Assembly: GCA_026770705.1 (NCBI GenBank)
Contig: JANJGN010000004.1
Span: 191,952,001-192,016,000, forward strand
Source of the DNA: Isurus oxyrinchus
Lineage: Eukaryota
Reading direction: 5' to 3'
DNA length: 64,000 nt
The notes beneath the pieces were generated by a model that did no database searches, had not been told where the DNA came from, and saw only the letters and a program-made list of their open reading frames with translations. Below are positions 11,773 through 23,162 of this stretch, piece by piece. Both the position numbers and the translations under genes were made by a program. The first letter of the stretch is position 1. Each line of letters opens with the position of its first letter.

Positions 11773-13015
11773 GTCGGGTGGGCTGGGTGGGAGCAGATGG
11801 GGGCGGGCGTGGAGCAGATTGCTGCCCGCGATCGACTGTGCAGTGCCATTTTACGTGGGGGTGGCCAATTAAGGCCCGCCCAAGGTAAAGCGCCGCTGTT
11901 TGCGCTCAGCGCTACCTGTGCGGGGGGTGGAGGGGGGGGGTGGGTGGTGTGTGGAGGAGGGAGGGTCAGGGCCTCAGGGAGATTAAGTTGATGAAAAGGT
12001 TTTGTTATAAATAAAGTAAAAAATTACTTAAACATGCCCCCTCATGTGACAGTGTCCCGTGAGCTGGGACATGTTAGTGACTGCGGGAAAATTTATTCAA
12101 TTATTTTATAAAACCTTCAGGAAACCTCATCCCGCCTGTGGACGAGGTTTCCTGAGAAACGCGATGGCCGCTTGGGCTCTGTGCCAACCTTAAGGTTGGA
12201 TGGGCAGCGTTGTTAATAAGGTTAATTACTGGCTGCAATGTTCCAGTGAAGCTCAACGCAAACTGGAGGAGCAGCACCTCATCTTCCGACGAGGCACTTT
12301 ACAGCCTTCCGGACTGAATAGTGAGTTCCACAACTTCAGATCGTGAACTCTCTCCTCCATCCCCATCGCCTTTCCGATCCCCCTTTTTCAATATTCATTT
12401 TTATTTTCTAAATTTTTATTTATTTTTTCCCCCACTTATGTTTATTATTATTATTTTTAAAAATGTATTTCCATTTTTATTCATTGTTTTATCCCCAGCT
12501 GTTAGCCTATTTTCGATTTTTTTCCCCCACCTCCGTCCCCTCCCCCTACCCCACCCCCACGAGGGCCATCTGTTGCTTGCTCATGTTGTTCTTTCCAGGG
12601 TGTTTACCCTGGTCCGGTCATTATCACATTCTGCTTTCTACTCTGAATGTCACCATTAGCACCTCCTTTAGCCAGCACAAGCACCATTAACACCCCTTTG
12701 ACCTTTTGTTTATGACATATTTCGCAACCTCTCCTTGACCTCCACCTATCGCTGATCTTCTATCCAGCTTCACCTGTGCCACCCCCGTTAAACAATGTAT
12801 ATTTCACCACATTTCTACTTCCCTTTAGCTCTGAAGAGCCATATGGACTCAAAATAATTAACTCTGTCTTTCCACGTTTGCTGTCAGACCTGCTGAGTTT
12901 TTCCAGCATTTTTTGTTTTTGTTTGTGTTAATTACTTTTTTAATGGCCTTAATAAGCCGTTGACAGATCGGTGGGTGTGCAGCCGCCTCTAGCATGCACC
13001 TGCCGAATGAAAGAT
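11773..13015. mobile_element. Harbinger-type MITE interrupted by a Penelope-like insertion
   Basis: Reverse-orientation similarity to 491-1116 (ggccaattaaggcc, catgtgacagtgtc, aggaaacctcatcc...gaggtttcct). Sequence resumes after 12927. Confidence 0.7.
12231..12926 (+). mobile_element. Penelope-like element 3' fragment (GIY-YIG C-terminus and pLTR) with 10-bp TSD
   Basis: LQCSSEAQRKLEEQHLIFRRGTLQPSGLNSEFHNFR. TSD GTTAATTACT at 12221-12230 and 12927-12936. Degenerate hammerhead-like ctgaagagcc...gactcaaaa at about 12831. Confidence 0.8.
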
Positions 13016-13016
13016 C

Positions 13017-14675
13017 ACTCCTGTACTTGAATCCTCTGGCTACGAAGGCCAACATACCATTTGCCTTCTTTACTGCCTGCTGCACCTGCGTGCTTACCTT
13101 CAGCAACTGGTGTACAAGGACACCCAGGTCTCATTGCACATTCCCCTCTCTCAGTTTATAGCCATTCAGATAATGATCTGCCTTCCTGTTTTTGCTACCA
13201 AAGTGGATAACCTCACATTTATCCACATTATACTGCATCTGCCATGCATTTGCCCACTCACTCAGCTTGTCCAGATCACACTGAAGCATCTCTGCATCCT
13301 CCTCACAGCTCACCCTCCCACCCAGCTTTGTGTCATCTGCAAATTTGGAGAAATAACTTTTAGTTCCCTCATCTAAATCATTAATATATAATGTGAATAG
13401 CTGGGGTCCCAGCACTGATCCCTGTGGTACCCCACTAGTCACTGCCTGCCATTCAGAAAAATACTTGATTATTCCTACTCTTTGTTCCCTGTCTGCCAAT
13501 CAGTTTTCTATCCATCTCAATACACTACCCCCAATCCCATGCACTTTAATTTTACACGCTAATCTCTTATGTGACACCTTGTCAAAAGCCTTCTGAAAGT
13601 CCAAATAAACTGCATCCATTGGCTCCCCCTCATCAACTCTACTAGTTACATTCTCGAAAAATTCCAGTAGATTCGTCAAGCATAATTTCCCTTTCATAAA
13701 TCCATGCCTACTCTGCCCGATTCTGCCACTGTTTCCAAGTGCTCAGCTATTAAATCTTTTATAATCAACTCTAGAATTTTCCCCACTACTGGTGTCAGGC
13801 TGACTGGTCTATAATTCCTTGTTTTCTCTCTGCCTCCCTTTTTAAATAGTGGGGTTACATTAGCTACCTTCCAATCTGTTCCAGAGTCTATAGAATCTCA
13901 GAAGATGACCACCAATGCATCCGCTATTTCTAGGGCCACTTAAGTACTCTGGGATGTAGATTATCAGGCCCTGGGGATTTATCAGCCTTCAATCCCATCA
14001 ATTTCCCCAACACCATTTCCCTACTAACACTGATTTCTTTCAGTTCGTCCCTCTCACTAAACCCTGTGATCCCCAACATTTCTGGTGTATTATTTGTGTC
14101 CTCCTTTGTGAAGACAGTACCAAAGTATGTATTTAGTTGGTCAGTCATTTCTTTGTTCTCCATTATAAATTCCTCTGTTTCTGACTGTAAGGGACCTACA
14201 CTTGTCTTCACCAATCTTATTCTCTTCACATACCTATGGAAACTTTTACAGTCAGTTTTTATGTTCCCCACAAGCTTACTCTCGTACTCTCTTTTCCCCT
14301 TCTTAATCAATCCCTTGGTCCTCCTTTGCTGAACTCTAAACTACTCTGAATCCTCAGGTCTGTTGTTTTTTTAGCCAATTTGTATGCCTCTTCCTTGGAT
14401 TTAATACAATCTCTAAATTCCCTTGTAAGCCATGGTTTGGCCACCTTTCCTGTTTTACTTTTGCGCTAGACAGGAATAAGCAATTGTTGCATTTCACCCA
14501 TGCGCTTTTTGAATGTTCGCCATTGCCTATCCCCCGTCATCGCTTTAAGTAATGTTTCCCAATCCATCGTAGCCAACTCGCGTCTCATACAATCGTAGTT
14601 TCCTTTATTAAGATTGGGGACCCTGGTCTCAGAATCAACTACGTCACTCTCCATCTTGATGAAGAATTCTATCAA
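13017..14675 (-). mobile_element. CR1 LINE ORF2 fragment (young subfamily)
   Basis: GVPQGSVLGPQLFTLYINDL, KFADDTKL, YLDFQKAFDKV. Confidence 0.92.
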
Positions 14676-15035
14676 ACAACTGGATCGTATCAGCTAATTG
14701 CACTTCAGTCTCTTTGCCCTGTCTTCTAGACTCCTCCTCCTCCTCCTGTCTCAACTTATGAATCTGTGATTGTGTTACCACATAGTCTGGAAACAAACCA
14801 GGATGTTTTCCGGCAACACTTCTGTGGATTGTTTTTCCACAGGTTGTTCAACTACAATAGGCTTCACCAAAATCTGTGGTCCAGCTATATCATTTCCTAA
14901 GGAAAATGAACCTCTGAAATAGACAATTTCTCCACTACTCCTACAGTAATTTCACCTGTTTTCAAGCTACTTTTCAGAGTCACCTTACACAATGGAATAC
15001 TTCTTGTTTTTCCATGAATTCACCTCTTCCTGCAA
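14676..15035 (-). mobile_element. Gypsy protease-to-integrase linker fragment
   Basis: Minus strand reads LGNDIAG...KPIVVEQP...RQEEEESRRQGKETEVQLADT. Confidence 0.6.
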
Positions 15036-15590
15036 GTGATATCAAGAAACAGCAGAAGGCACTGAATACTGCAAAGGCTATGGGCCTGACAATGTTCTGG
15101 CAGTAGTACTGAAGACTTGTGGTCCAGAACTTGCTGCACCCCTAGCCAAGCGGTAGCAGTACAGCTACAACACTGGCGACTACCCAGCTATGTGGAAAAT
15201 CGCCTTCATATGTCCTATGTACAAAAGGCAGGACAAATCCAACCCGGCTAATTACCGCCCCATCAGTCCACTCTCAATCATCAGTAAAATAACGGAAGGG
15301 GTCATCAACAGTGCTATCAAACAGCACTTGCTTAGCAATAACCTGCTCACTGACGCCCAGTTTGGGTTCTGTCAGGGCCACTCAGCTCCTGACCTCATTA
15401 CAGCCTTGGTTCAAACATGAAAAAAAGAGCTGAACTCCTGAAGTGACTGCCCTTGACATCAAGGCAGCATTTGACCGAGTGTGGCATCAAAGAGCCCTAG
15501 CAAAACTGGAGTCAATGAGAATCAGGGGAGAAAACTCTCCACTAGTTGGAGTCATACCTAGCACAAAAGGTGATAGTTGTGGTTGCTGGA
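15036..15590 (+). mobile_element. Family-B LINE (CR1/Jockey group) RT fragment
   Basis: NYRPISPLSIISK, QFGFCQGHSAPD, ALDIKAAFDRVWH. Confidence 0.88.
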
Positions 15591-17375
15591 GGTATATCAC
15601 CCTCGATCCCATGTGCTTTAATTTTGCCGAATAGCCTCTTATGTGGGGCCTTATCAAAAACCTTCTTGAAATCCAAATACACCACATCCACTGGCTCTCC
15701 CTTATCTATTCTACTAGTTACACCTTCAAAAAATTTCAGTAGATTAGTTAAGCATGAGTTCCCTTTCATAAACCCAGGCTGACTTTGTCTAATCCCGCTA
15801 ATGCTTTCCAAGTGTTCTGTTACCTTGTCTTTTATAATAGACTTGAGCATTTTCCCCACTATTGATGTTAGGCTAATTGGTCTGTAATTCTCTGTTTTAT
15901 CTCTCCCTCCTTTTTTAAATAGTAGGGTTACATTTGCCACCCTCCAATCTGTAGGAACTGCTCCAGAGTCTATAGAATTTTGGAAGGTGACCTCTAATGC
16001 ATCCAATATTTCCAGGGCCACTTCCTTTAGCATCCTGGGATGTAGATTATCAGGCCCTGGGGATTTTTCAGCCTTTAACCCCATTAATTTCCCTGGCACC
16101 TTTTTTTTTACTGATACTAATTTTCTTCAACTCCTCCCTCTTGCTACACCCTTGGTTCCCTAACTTTTCTGGGAAATTATTTGTGTCCACGTTTGCGATG
16201 ACAGAACCAATTCTTCTGCCATTTCTTGTTCCCCATTTTAATTTCCCCTGTTTTTGACTGTAAGGGACCTACATTTGCCTTTGCTAATCTTTTTCTCTTC
16301 ACATATTTATAGAAGCTTCTACAGACAGTTTTTATGTTCCCTGCAAATTTACTCTCATACTCCATTTTCCCCATCTTGATCAATCTTTTTGACCGCTTTT
16401 GCTGTTCAGTAATTGGCCCCAGCTGTTCACAATATATATCAATGATTTGGATGTGGGGACTAACTATAATATTTCCAAGTTCGCAGATGATACAAAGCTA
16501 GGTAGAAATGTATGTTGTGAGGAAGATGTAAAGCAGCTACAGGAGGATTTGGACAGACTTAGTGAGTGGGCAAGAACATGGCAGATGGAATATAATGTGG
16601 GAAAATATGAGGTTATCCACTTTGGTAAGAGGAACAGATGTGCAGAGTATTTCCTATATAGTAAGAGATTAGAAAGTGTAGATGTACAAAGGGACCTGGG
16701 TGTCCTTGCCCATAAGTCACTGAAAGCTAACATGCAGGTGCAGCCGGCAATTGGAACAGCTAATGGAATGTTAGCCTTTATCGTAAGAGAAGTAGTGAAG
16801 TCTTTTGTATAGAACCTTGGTTAGACCACACCTGGGGTACTGTGTGCAGTTTTGGTCCCTTTACCTCAGAAAGGATATTATTGCCATAGAGGGAGTGCAA
16901 CGAAGGTTCACCAGGCTTGTTCTGGGGATGGCGGGACTGTCTTATGGAGAGAGATTTGGCAAAATGGGCCTATATTCTCTAGAGTTTTGTTGAAAGAGAG
17001 ATGATCTCATTGAAACCTACAAAATACTTAAAGGGGTAGACAGGGTAGATGTAGGTAAGATGGGTCCCCTGGTTGGGGAGTCTAGAACCAGGGGACACAA
17101 CTTCAAAATAGGGAGGAAGCCACTTGGGACTGAGATGAGGAGAAATTAACACAGAAAGTTGTTAATCTTTGGCATTCTCTACCCCAGAGTGCAGTGGAAG
17201 TTCAGTCACTGAGTGTGTTTAAGGTAGAGATTGATAGATTTCTGATTAACAATAATGTAAAGGTTGATGGGGATGGTGTGGGTAAAAGGCATTGAAGTGT
17301 TTGATCAGCCATGATCGTATTGAATGGCAGAGCAGGCTCGGTGGGATGAATGGCCTTCTCCTGTTCCTATGTTCC
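15591..17375 (+). mobile_element. CR1 LINE with inverted 5' segment (15591-16392 on -, 16413-17375 on +)
   Basis: Minus piece ends at KAHGIEGDI. Plus piece starts at PQLFTIYINDL and runs to the 3' tail ctgttcctatgttccgatg. Confidence 0.8.
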
Positions 17376-17915
17376 GATGTCCACCATCTACAAGGCACAA
17401 GTAAGGAGTGTAATAGAATACTCCCCACTTGCCAGGATGAGTGCAGCTCCCACAACATTCAAGAAGCTTAACACTGTCCAGGAAAAAGCAGCCTGCTTGA
17501 TTGGCACCACATCCAGAAACATTCACTTCCTCCACCACCGACGCACAGTAGCAGCAGTGTGTACCATCTATAAGATGCACTGCAGGAACTCACCAAGGCT
17601 CCTTAGGCAGCACCTTCCAAACCCACGACCACTACCATCTAGAAGGATAAGGGCAGCAGATAGATAGGAACATCACCTCTTGGAAGTTCCCCTCCAAGTC
17701 ACTTGCTATCCTGACTTGGAAATATATCGCCGTTTCTTCACTTCCTCAAAATCCTGGAGCTCCCTTCCTAAGAGCACATTGGGTGTATCTACACCACATG
17801 GACTGCAGCAGTTCAAGAAGGCAGCTCGCTACCACCTTCTCAAGGACAACTAGGGATGGACAATAAATGCTGGCCCTGCCAGTGAAGCCCACATTGCGTG
17901 AATGAATAAAAAAAA
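17376..17915 (+). mobile_element. Family-B LINE 3' end
   Basis: STIYKAQVRSVIEYSPLA...YKMHCRNSPRLLRQHLP; tail gaatgaataaaaaaaa. Confidence 0.9.
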
Positions 17916-18137
17916 ATTCCCTCTGGATAACAAATCTCACTATCCTATAACATTTAGGACTGACTAGTTCCTGTGTCCCTTTAAATTTGTATATCTTTGC
18001 CAACTCCAACTTGTGTACATGAAAAGACATTTCCCTCACAGATGAAATCTTTAAACGTATGCAACCTGTCTTTCAACATTCCTTTGAAAAGGCTGTGAAC
18101 TCATTTTCACACCTTTGACCAATACATGTGCTTCTTT

Positions 18138-18374
18138 AACAAAAACAGAATTACCTGGAAAAACTCAGCAGGTCTGGCAGCATCGGCGGAGAAGAAAAGA
18201 GTTGACGTTTCGGGTCCTCATGACCCTTCGACAGAAGTTCTGTCGAAGGGTCATGAGGACTCGAAACGTCAACTCTTTTCTTCTCCGCCGATGCTGCCAG
18301 ACCTGCTGAGTTTTTCCAGGTAATTCTGTTTTTGTTTTGGATTTCCAGCATCCGCAGTTTTCTTTGTTTTTATC
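18138..18374 (+). mobile_element. Penelope-like pLTR insertion forming a 199-bp palindrome (18138-18336), with 13-bp TSD
   Basis: 99-bp arms around 18237 with one G:T mismatch. TSD CATGTGCTTCTTT at 18125-18137 and 18375-18387. The 3' sequence matches the Penelope ends at 12860-12926 and 53190-53235. Confidence 0.88.
18237..18274 (+). ncRNA. Minimal type-I hammerhead-ribozyme-like motif (variant core CUGUCGA), mirrored on the - strand at 18200-18237
   Basis: gtt-CTGTCGA-agggtc-atgag-gactc-GAAA-cg-TC-aac matches the layout of Penelope-associated minimal hammerheads, with core A6 replaced by U. Confidence 0.55.
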
Positions 18375-19846
18375 CATGTGCTTCTTTTTCTACTCGAACA
18401 AATCCTACCAGTTTGCCTTGTTCTAAAACCTCTGACTTTACAGCCCCTTTCATAATTCCTACTAATTGACAAGGTTTCCCATGTAACCTCCAGCACATTG
18501 ACTTCCTATGACCAATCTTATTACAGTGCAAACATTTAAGCTTTCTTACATTTCTTCCAATCTCACCACCATTTTTCCTAGTCTGAGGTGAAATCTTCTT
18601 AGAATCTCCAGCTGTTCCTTCTCTTCCTTGACGACCTACCTCCCTCTCACTTTCCCATTTTCAATCTTTGTCAGATTGAAAAGGGCATCAAAAAAGTGTT
18701 TTGATCTATGGGCCAGCTCATAATCATCTGCTATCTCTGCTGCTTGCCAAGCAGTTTTAACCCTTTGTTCCTCCACATGGGTTCTTACTACTGTAGGAAT
18801 TGAATCTTTAAGTTCTTCCAAAAGAATTACTTCTCTCAGCGCTTCATAGGTTCCCTCTATTTTTAATGACTTGATCTATTTGTCAAAATTATTTTGTTTG
18901 ACTCTTTCAAACTCGGTATATTTCTGTACATGCTGTTTCCTCACATTTCGAAATTTTTGTCTGTAAGCTTCAGGAACCAACTCGTAGGCACTCACTGCAT
19001 CATATTCTCCAGATATTTCTTCTGACAGCGATGCATATACCTCATCAGCTCTACCTACCAACCTAGACTGTTATGGCAATGTCCAAATTTCTTTTGGCCA
19101 TTTCACCTGTTTAGCTATCTTCTCAAATGAGATAAAGAATGCTTTGACATCTCCCTTCAAATTTTGGAAGAGCTTATACAAATTTAAACATCTGGGTTCT
19201 GTTCTGAAAATAAGCCCTTCCTCACCTTCTGGTGTCTCTTTTTTTTAACTGCCAGTTTTTAAAGCAGGAATTCCTTGCCTCCATCTTTTTCTCCTTCCTC
19301 CTTTTCTAACCTTTGCCATTTCCAATTTCCTTTCTCGTCCTCTTTCTTCTCATTCTCTTGTTTTCTATCTTTCTCCTGCATTTCTGCCAGTTCCCTTTGG
19401 AATGCTCTTTCCCTTTTCTTTCCTTTTTCTTTGGCTTCCAGTTCAAGTTTCTTCAGTTCCTTTGCTTGTTCAAGTTCTGGCCTCTGCATTTGCCACTGAA
19501 GTCCCACTGCCTCCAGCTGTGATTCATTAGCTTCCAATTTCAAACGCTGTGTTATCACTTCCATTATGTCTGATTTCCTTTCCTGTGCCGGTAATCCTAA
19601 TTGTAACTTACCTGCCAATTCTATTAACTTAGCTTTCGTTACCTGTTGTTAACCATGCCAAGTTATAACTTCTACCCCCAGACAAGTCCTAGTAACTGCT
19701 GAAGCCATTTTGCAGTCTCCCACTTTAAAATCTCACAACACCACTCCTGATTTAGTCTACCGCTCACCCTCATTTCCTTTAAATTCACCAATTCCAAGCC
19801 AATCAAGGAATTATTCTTTCACTATCCTGCAAAGAGCCCCCAGTTT

Positions 19847-20325
19847 TGTTACGGCAGAGCTAATGGCAAATGCCGAGTTGCCCAAATCCCAGATGAAACT
19901 TGAAACAGCTGCAAAAACGGTTTTTGCAATTTGTACAGTATGAGGAGAGGTTCCGAAATCAGGAATGATGTCTCTGACCACTGGTGATAATTTGATAGTA
20001 GAGTAAACATTTATTAAAATAATAAACAGAAAAAAACATAATTATACTTCAACATAAGAATGGCTGCACACAGTAAACAGCACTTCAAAACAGTTCCACA
20101 AAATTTTAACTACCCTCAGAGCTAAACGTCCCTTTTCTGTTCAGCCACTATCCTGATAGATTTCAAAATCGATAGAATTACAGTAGTTTTTACCACACAG
20201 TGCCTTTTATTCCTTGGGGTGTCCTTTGAGGCTGACAGCAGCTGGTTCTCCTGGTCTGGCCTTGTGCACACTGCCTTCTGGGAGATCTAAGCAGCTAACC
20301 TGCTGCCTTCTGGGGGACCGTTTCT
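19847..20325 (-). mobile_element. Gypsy 5' LTR (PBS-proximal part)
   Basis: On the - strand it ends ...TAACA just before the PBS; homologous to the LTR at 11325. Confidence 0.8.
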
Positions 20326-20960
20326 TTAATTCATTCACGGGATGAGGGCTTCGCTGGCTGGGCCAGCATTTATTGCCCACCCCTTGTTGCCCTTGAGAAG
20401 GTGGGGGTGAGCTGCCTACTTGAACCGCTGCCGTCCATGTGGTGTAGGTACAACCACAGTGCTGTTAGGAAGGGAGTTCCAGGATTTTGACCCAGTGACA
20501 GTGAAGGAATGACGATTTATTTCCAACTCAGCAAGGTGAGTGACTTGGAGGGGACCTTCCAGGTGGTGGTGGTCCCATCTATCTGCTCCCCTTGTCCTTC
20601 TAGATGGTAGTGGTCATGGGTTTGGAAGGTGCTGTGTAAGGAGTCTTGGTGAATTTCTGCAGTGCATCCTGTAGATGCTACACACTGCTTCTATTGTCTG
20701 TGCATTGGTGGTGGATGGAGTATATGTGGATGTGGTGCCATTCAAGCAGGTTGCTTTTACCTGGATGGTGTCAAGCTTCTTGAGTGTTGTTGGAACTGCA
20801 CTCATCCAGGCAAGTGGGGAGTATTCCATCACACTCCTGACTTGTGCCTTGTAGATGGTGAACAGGCTTTGGGGAGTCAGGAAGCGGGTTACTCGTCACA
20901 GGACTCCTAGCCTCTGACCTGCTCTTGTAGCCACAGTATTTATATGGCTAGTCCAGTTCA
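20326..20960 (-). mobile_element. Family-B LINE 3' end
   Basis: MEYSPLAWMSAVPTTLKKLDTIQ; family-B tail. Confidence 0.9.
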
Positions 20961-21150
20961 GTTTGAAAAGGACACAGAGAGCAGGAGAGATTTCAGTTTG
21001 AAAAGGACGCAGAGAGCAGGAGAGACTTCAGTTTGAAAAGGACGCGGAGAGTAAGAGAGACTTCAGTTTGAAAAGGACGCGGAGAGTAAGAGAGACTTCA
21101 GTTTGAAAAGGTTGCGGAGAGTGGCGGAGACATCAGTTTGAAAAGGATGC
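20957..21150 (+). repeat. 35-bp tandem repeat (about 5.5 copies) at the CR1 5' UTR
   Basis: Unit ttcagtttgaaaaggacgc(a/g)gagag(c/t)a(g/a)gagagac starting at 20957, 20992, 21027, 21062, 21097 and about 21131. Confidence 0.9.
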
Positions 21151-21175
21151 AGCTAGGGAACAAGGAAATTAGCAA

Positions 21176-21189
21176 CTGTGACGTCACAG
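21176..21189. promoter_or_regulatory. CRE-containing palindrome CTGTGACGTCACAG in the CR1 5' UTR, followed by an ATTGG (CCAAT) box
   Basis: Perfect 14-bp palindrome containing TGACGTCA; function is inferred only. Confidence 0.4.
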
Positions 21190-21617
21190 GAAGCTAGTAA
21201 GTTGATTGGTCGGTAAGTGCTCAGTCTAAGGGACAGAGTGTGAGAAACCAGCTTAGGACAGGCGAGCTCAGGTAGATCTACAAATTAAAAGACCTAAAAC
21301 TTTAAAATTGTAAACTAAAATTTGAAAGCTTCAAAGATAAAAAAAGGAATAAAAATAAATTTAAACAAACATCTAAAACACATACCTTGTAATTAAGAAG
21401 CAAAAAGCCTTTAGCTGTCAGTGGTACTAGCATTCCATAAACACAGTAAATTGTAGCATACATTGGAAGAAAGTAATTAAAGTAAATTAACTAAATAACA
21501 AATTGGAATAGTGGGACAGGTGTTATGTTGCAGCTGTGGGATGTGGGAGCATTTGCACCTCAAAGCAATCCATGACAAAGACGCCTGTGGGAAGTGTAAG
21601 CAGCTTAAGGAATTCTG

Positions 21618-23162
21618 GAAATAGTGAAATAGTGGATGCATTGGTGGTCATCTTCCGAGATTCTTTAGACTCTGGAACAGTTTCTACAGATTGGAGGGTA
21701 GCAAATGTAACCCCACTATTTAAAAAGGGAGGCAGAGAGAAAGCAGGGAATTATAGACCAGTCAGCCTGATGTCGGTAGTGGGGAAAATTCTAGAGTCCA
21801 TTATAAAAGATTTAATAGCTGAGCACTTGGAAAACAGTGGCAGAATCGGACAGAGTCAGCATGGATTTAGAAAAGGGAAATCATGCTTGACAAATCTACT
21901 GGAATTTTTCGAGAGTGTAACTAGTAGAGTTGATGAGGGGGAGCCAGTGGTTGTGGTTTATTTAGACTTTCAGAAGGCTTTTGACAAAGTCCCACATAAG
22001 AGATTGGCGTGTAAAATTAAAGCACATGAGATTGGGGCTAGTGTATTGACATAGAAAACTGACTGGCAGACAGGAAACAAAGAGTAGGAATAAGCGGGTC
22101 TTTTTCCGAATGGCAGGCAGTGACTAGTGGGGTACCACAGGGATCAGTGCTGGGACCCCAGCTATTCACAATATATATTAATGACTTAGATGAGGGGGGA
22201 GCGAAATGTAATATCTCCAAATTTGCAGATGACACAAAGCTGGGTGGGAGGGTGAGCTGTGAGGAGGATGCAGAGATGCTTCAGTGTGATTTGGACAAGC
22301 TGAGTGAGTGGGCAAATGCATGGCAGATGCAGTGTAATGTGGATAAATGTGAGGTTATCCACTTTGGTAGCAAAAACAGGAAGGCAGATTATTATCTGAA
22401 TGGCTATAAATTGAGAGAGGGGAATGTGCAACGAGACACAGTACACCAGTACACCTGTACACCAGTCGCTGAAGGTAAGTATGCAGGTGCAGCAGACGGT
22501 AAAGAAGGCAAATGTTATGTTGGCCTTCATATCCAGAGGATTCAAGTACAGGAGCAGGGATGTCTTGCTGCAATTATACAGGGCCTTGGTGAGACCACAC
22601 CTGCAATATTGTGTGCAGTTTTGGTCTCCTTATCTGAGGAATGATGTTTTTGCTATAGAGGGAGTGCAGCAAAGGTTTACCAGACTGATTCCTGGGATGG
22701 CGGGACTCACAAATGATGAGAGATTGAGTCAGTTAGGATTATATTCGCTGGAGTTCAGAAGAATGAGGGGAGATCTCATAGGAACCTATAAAATTCTAAC
22801 AGGGCTAGACTGGGTAGATGCAGGAAGGATGTTCCAGATGGTGGGGAGAGTCCAGTACCAGGGGTCACAGTCTGAGGATACGGGGTAGATCATTTAGGAC
22901 TGAGATGAGGAGAAATTTCTTCACCCAGAGAATGGTGAGCCTGTGGAATTCGCTACCACAGAAAGTAGTTGAGGCCTAAACATTGTATGTTTTCAAGAAG
23001 GAGTTAGATATAGCTCTTGGGGCGAAAGGGATCAAGGGATATGGGGAGAAAGCAGGAGCAGGCTATTAAGTTGGATGATCAGCAATGAACATAATGAATG
23101 GCAGAGCAGGCTCGAAGGGCTGAATGGCCTACTCCTACTCCTATTTTCTATGTTTCTATGTG
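21618..23162 (+). mobile_element. Young 5'-truncated CR1 LINE (RT to 3' tail) nested in CR1 ORF1
   Basis: ORFs 21536, 22120 and 22424 carry RT motifs; tail tttctatgtttctatg. Confidence 0.92.

Larger units (their letters stand above)
17916..19846 (-). mobile_element. Gypsy (Gmr1-like) gag with SCAN-like region and CCHC knuckle, plus PBS; degenerate
   Basis: Start near 19708. LIELAGKLQL, coiled-coil, GRADEVYASL, AYELVPEAYRQKFR, VRTHVEEQRVKT..AAEIADDY, CLHCNKIGHRKSMC. PBS TGGGGGCTC (tRNA-Pro-like) at 19842-19834. Confidence 0.85.

Noticed and set aside
18115-18377. Mirror-image small ORFs on both strands
   Set aside because: Artefact of the palindrome
19259-19618. Host coiled-coil protein
   Set aside because: It is the N-terminal part of the degenerate Gypsy gag, next to the PBS and LTR
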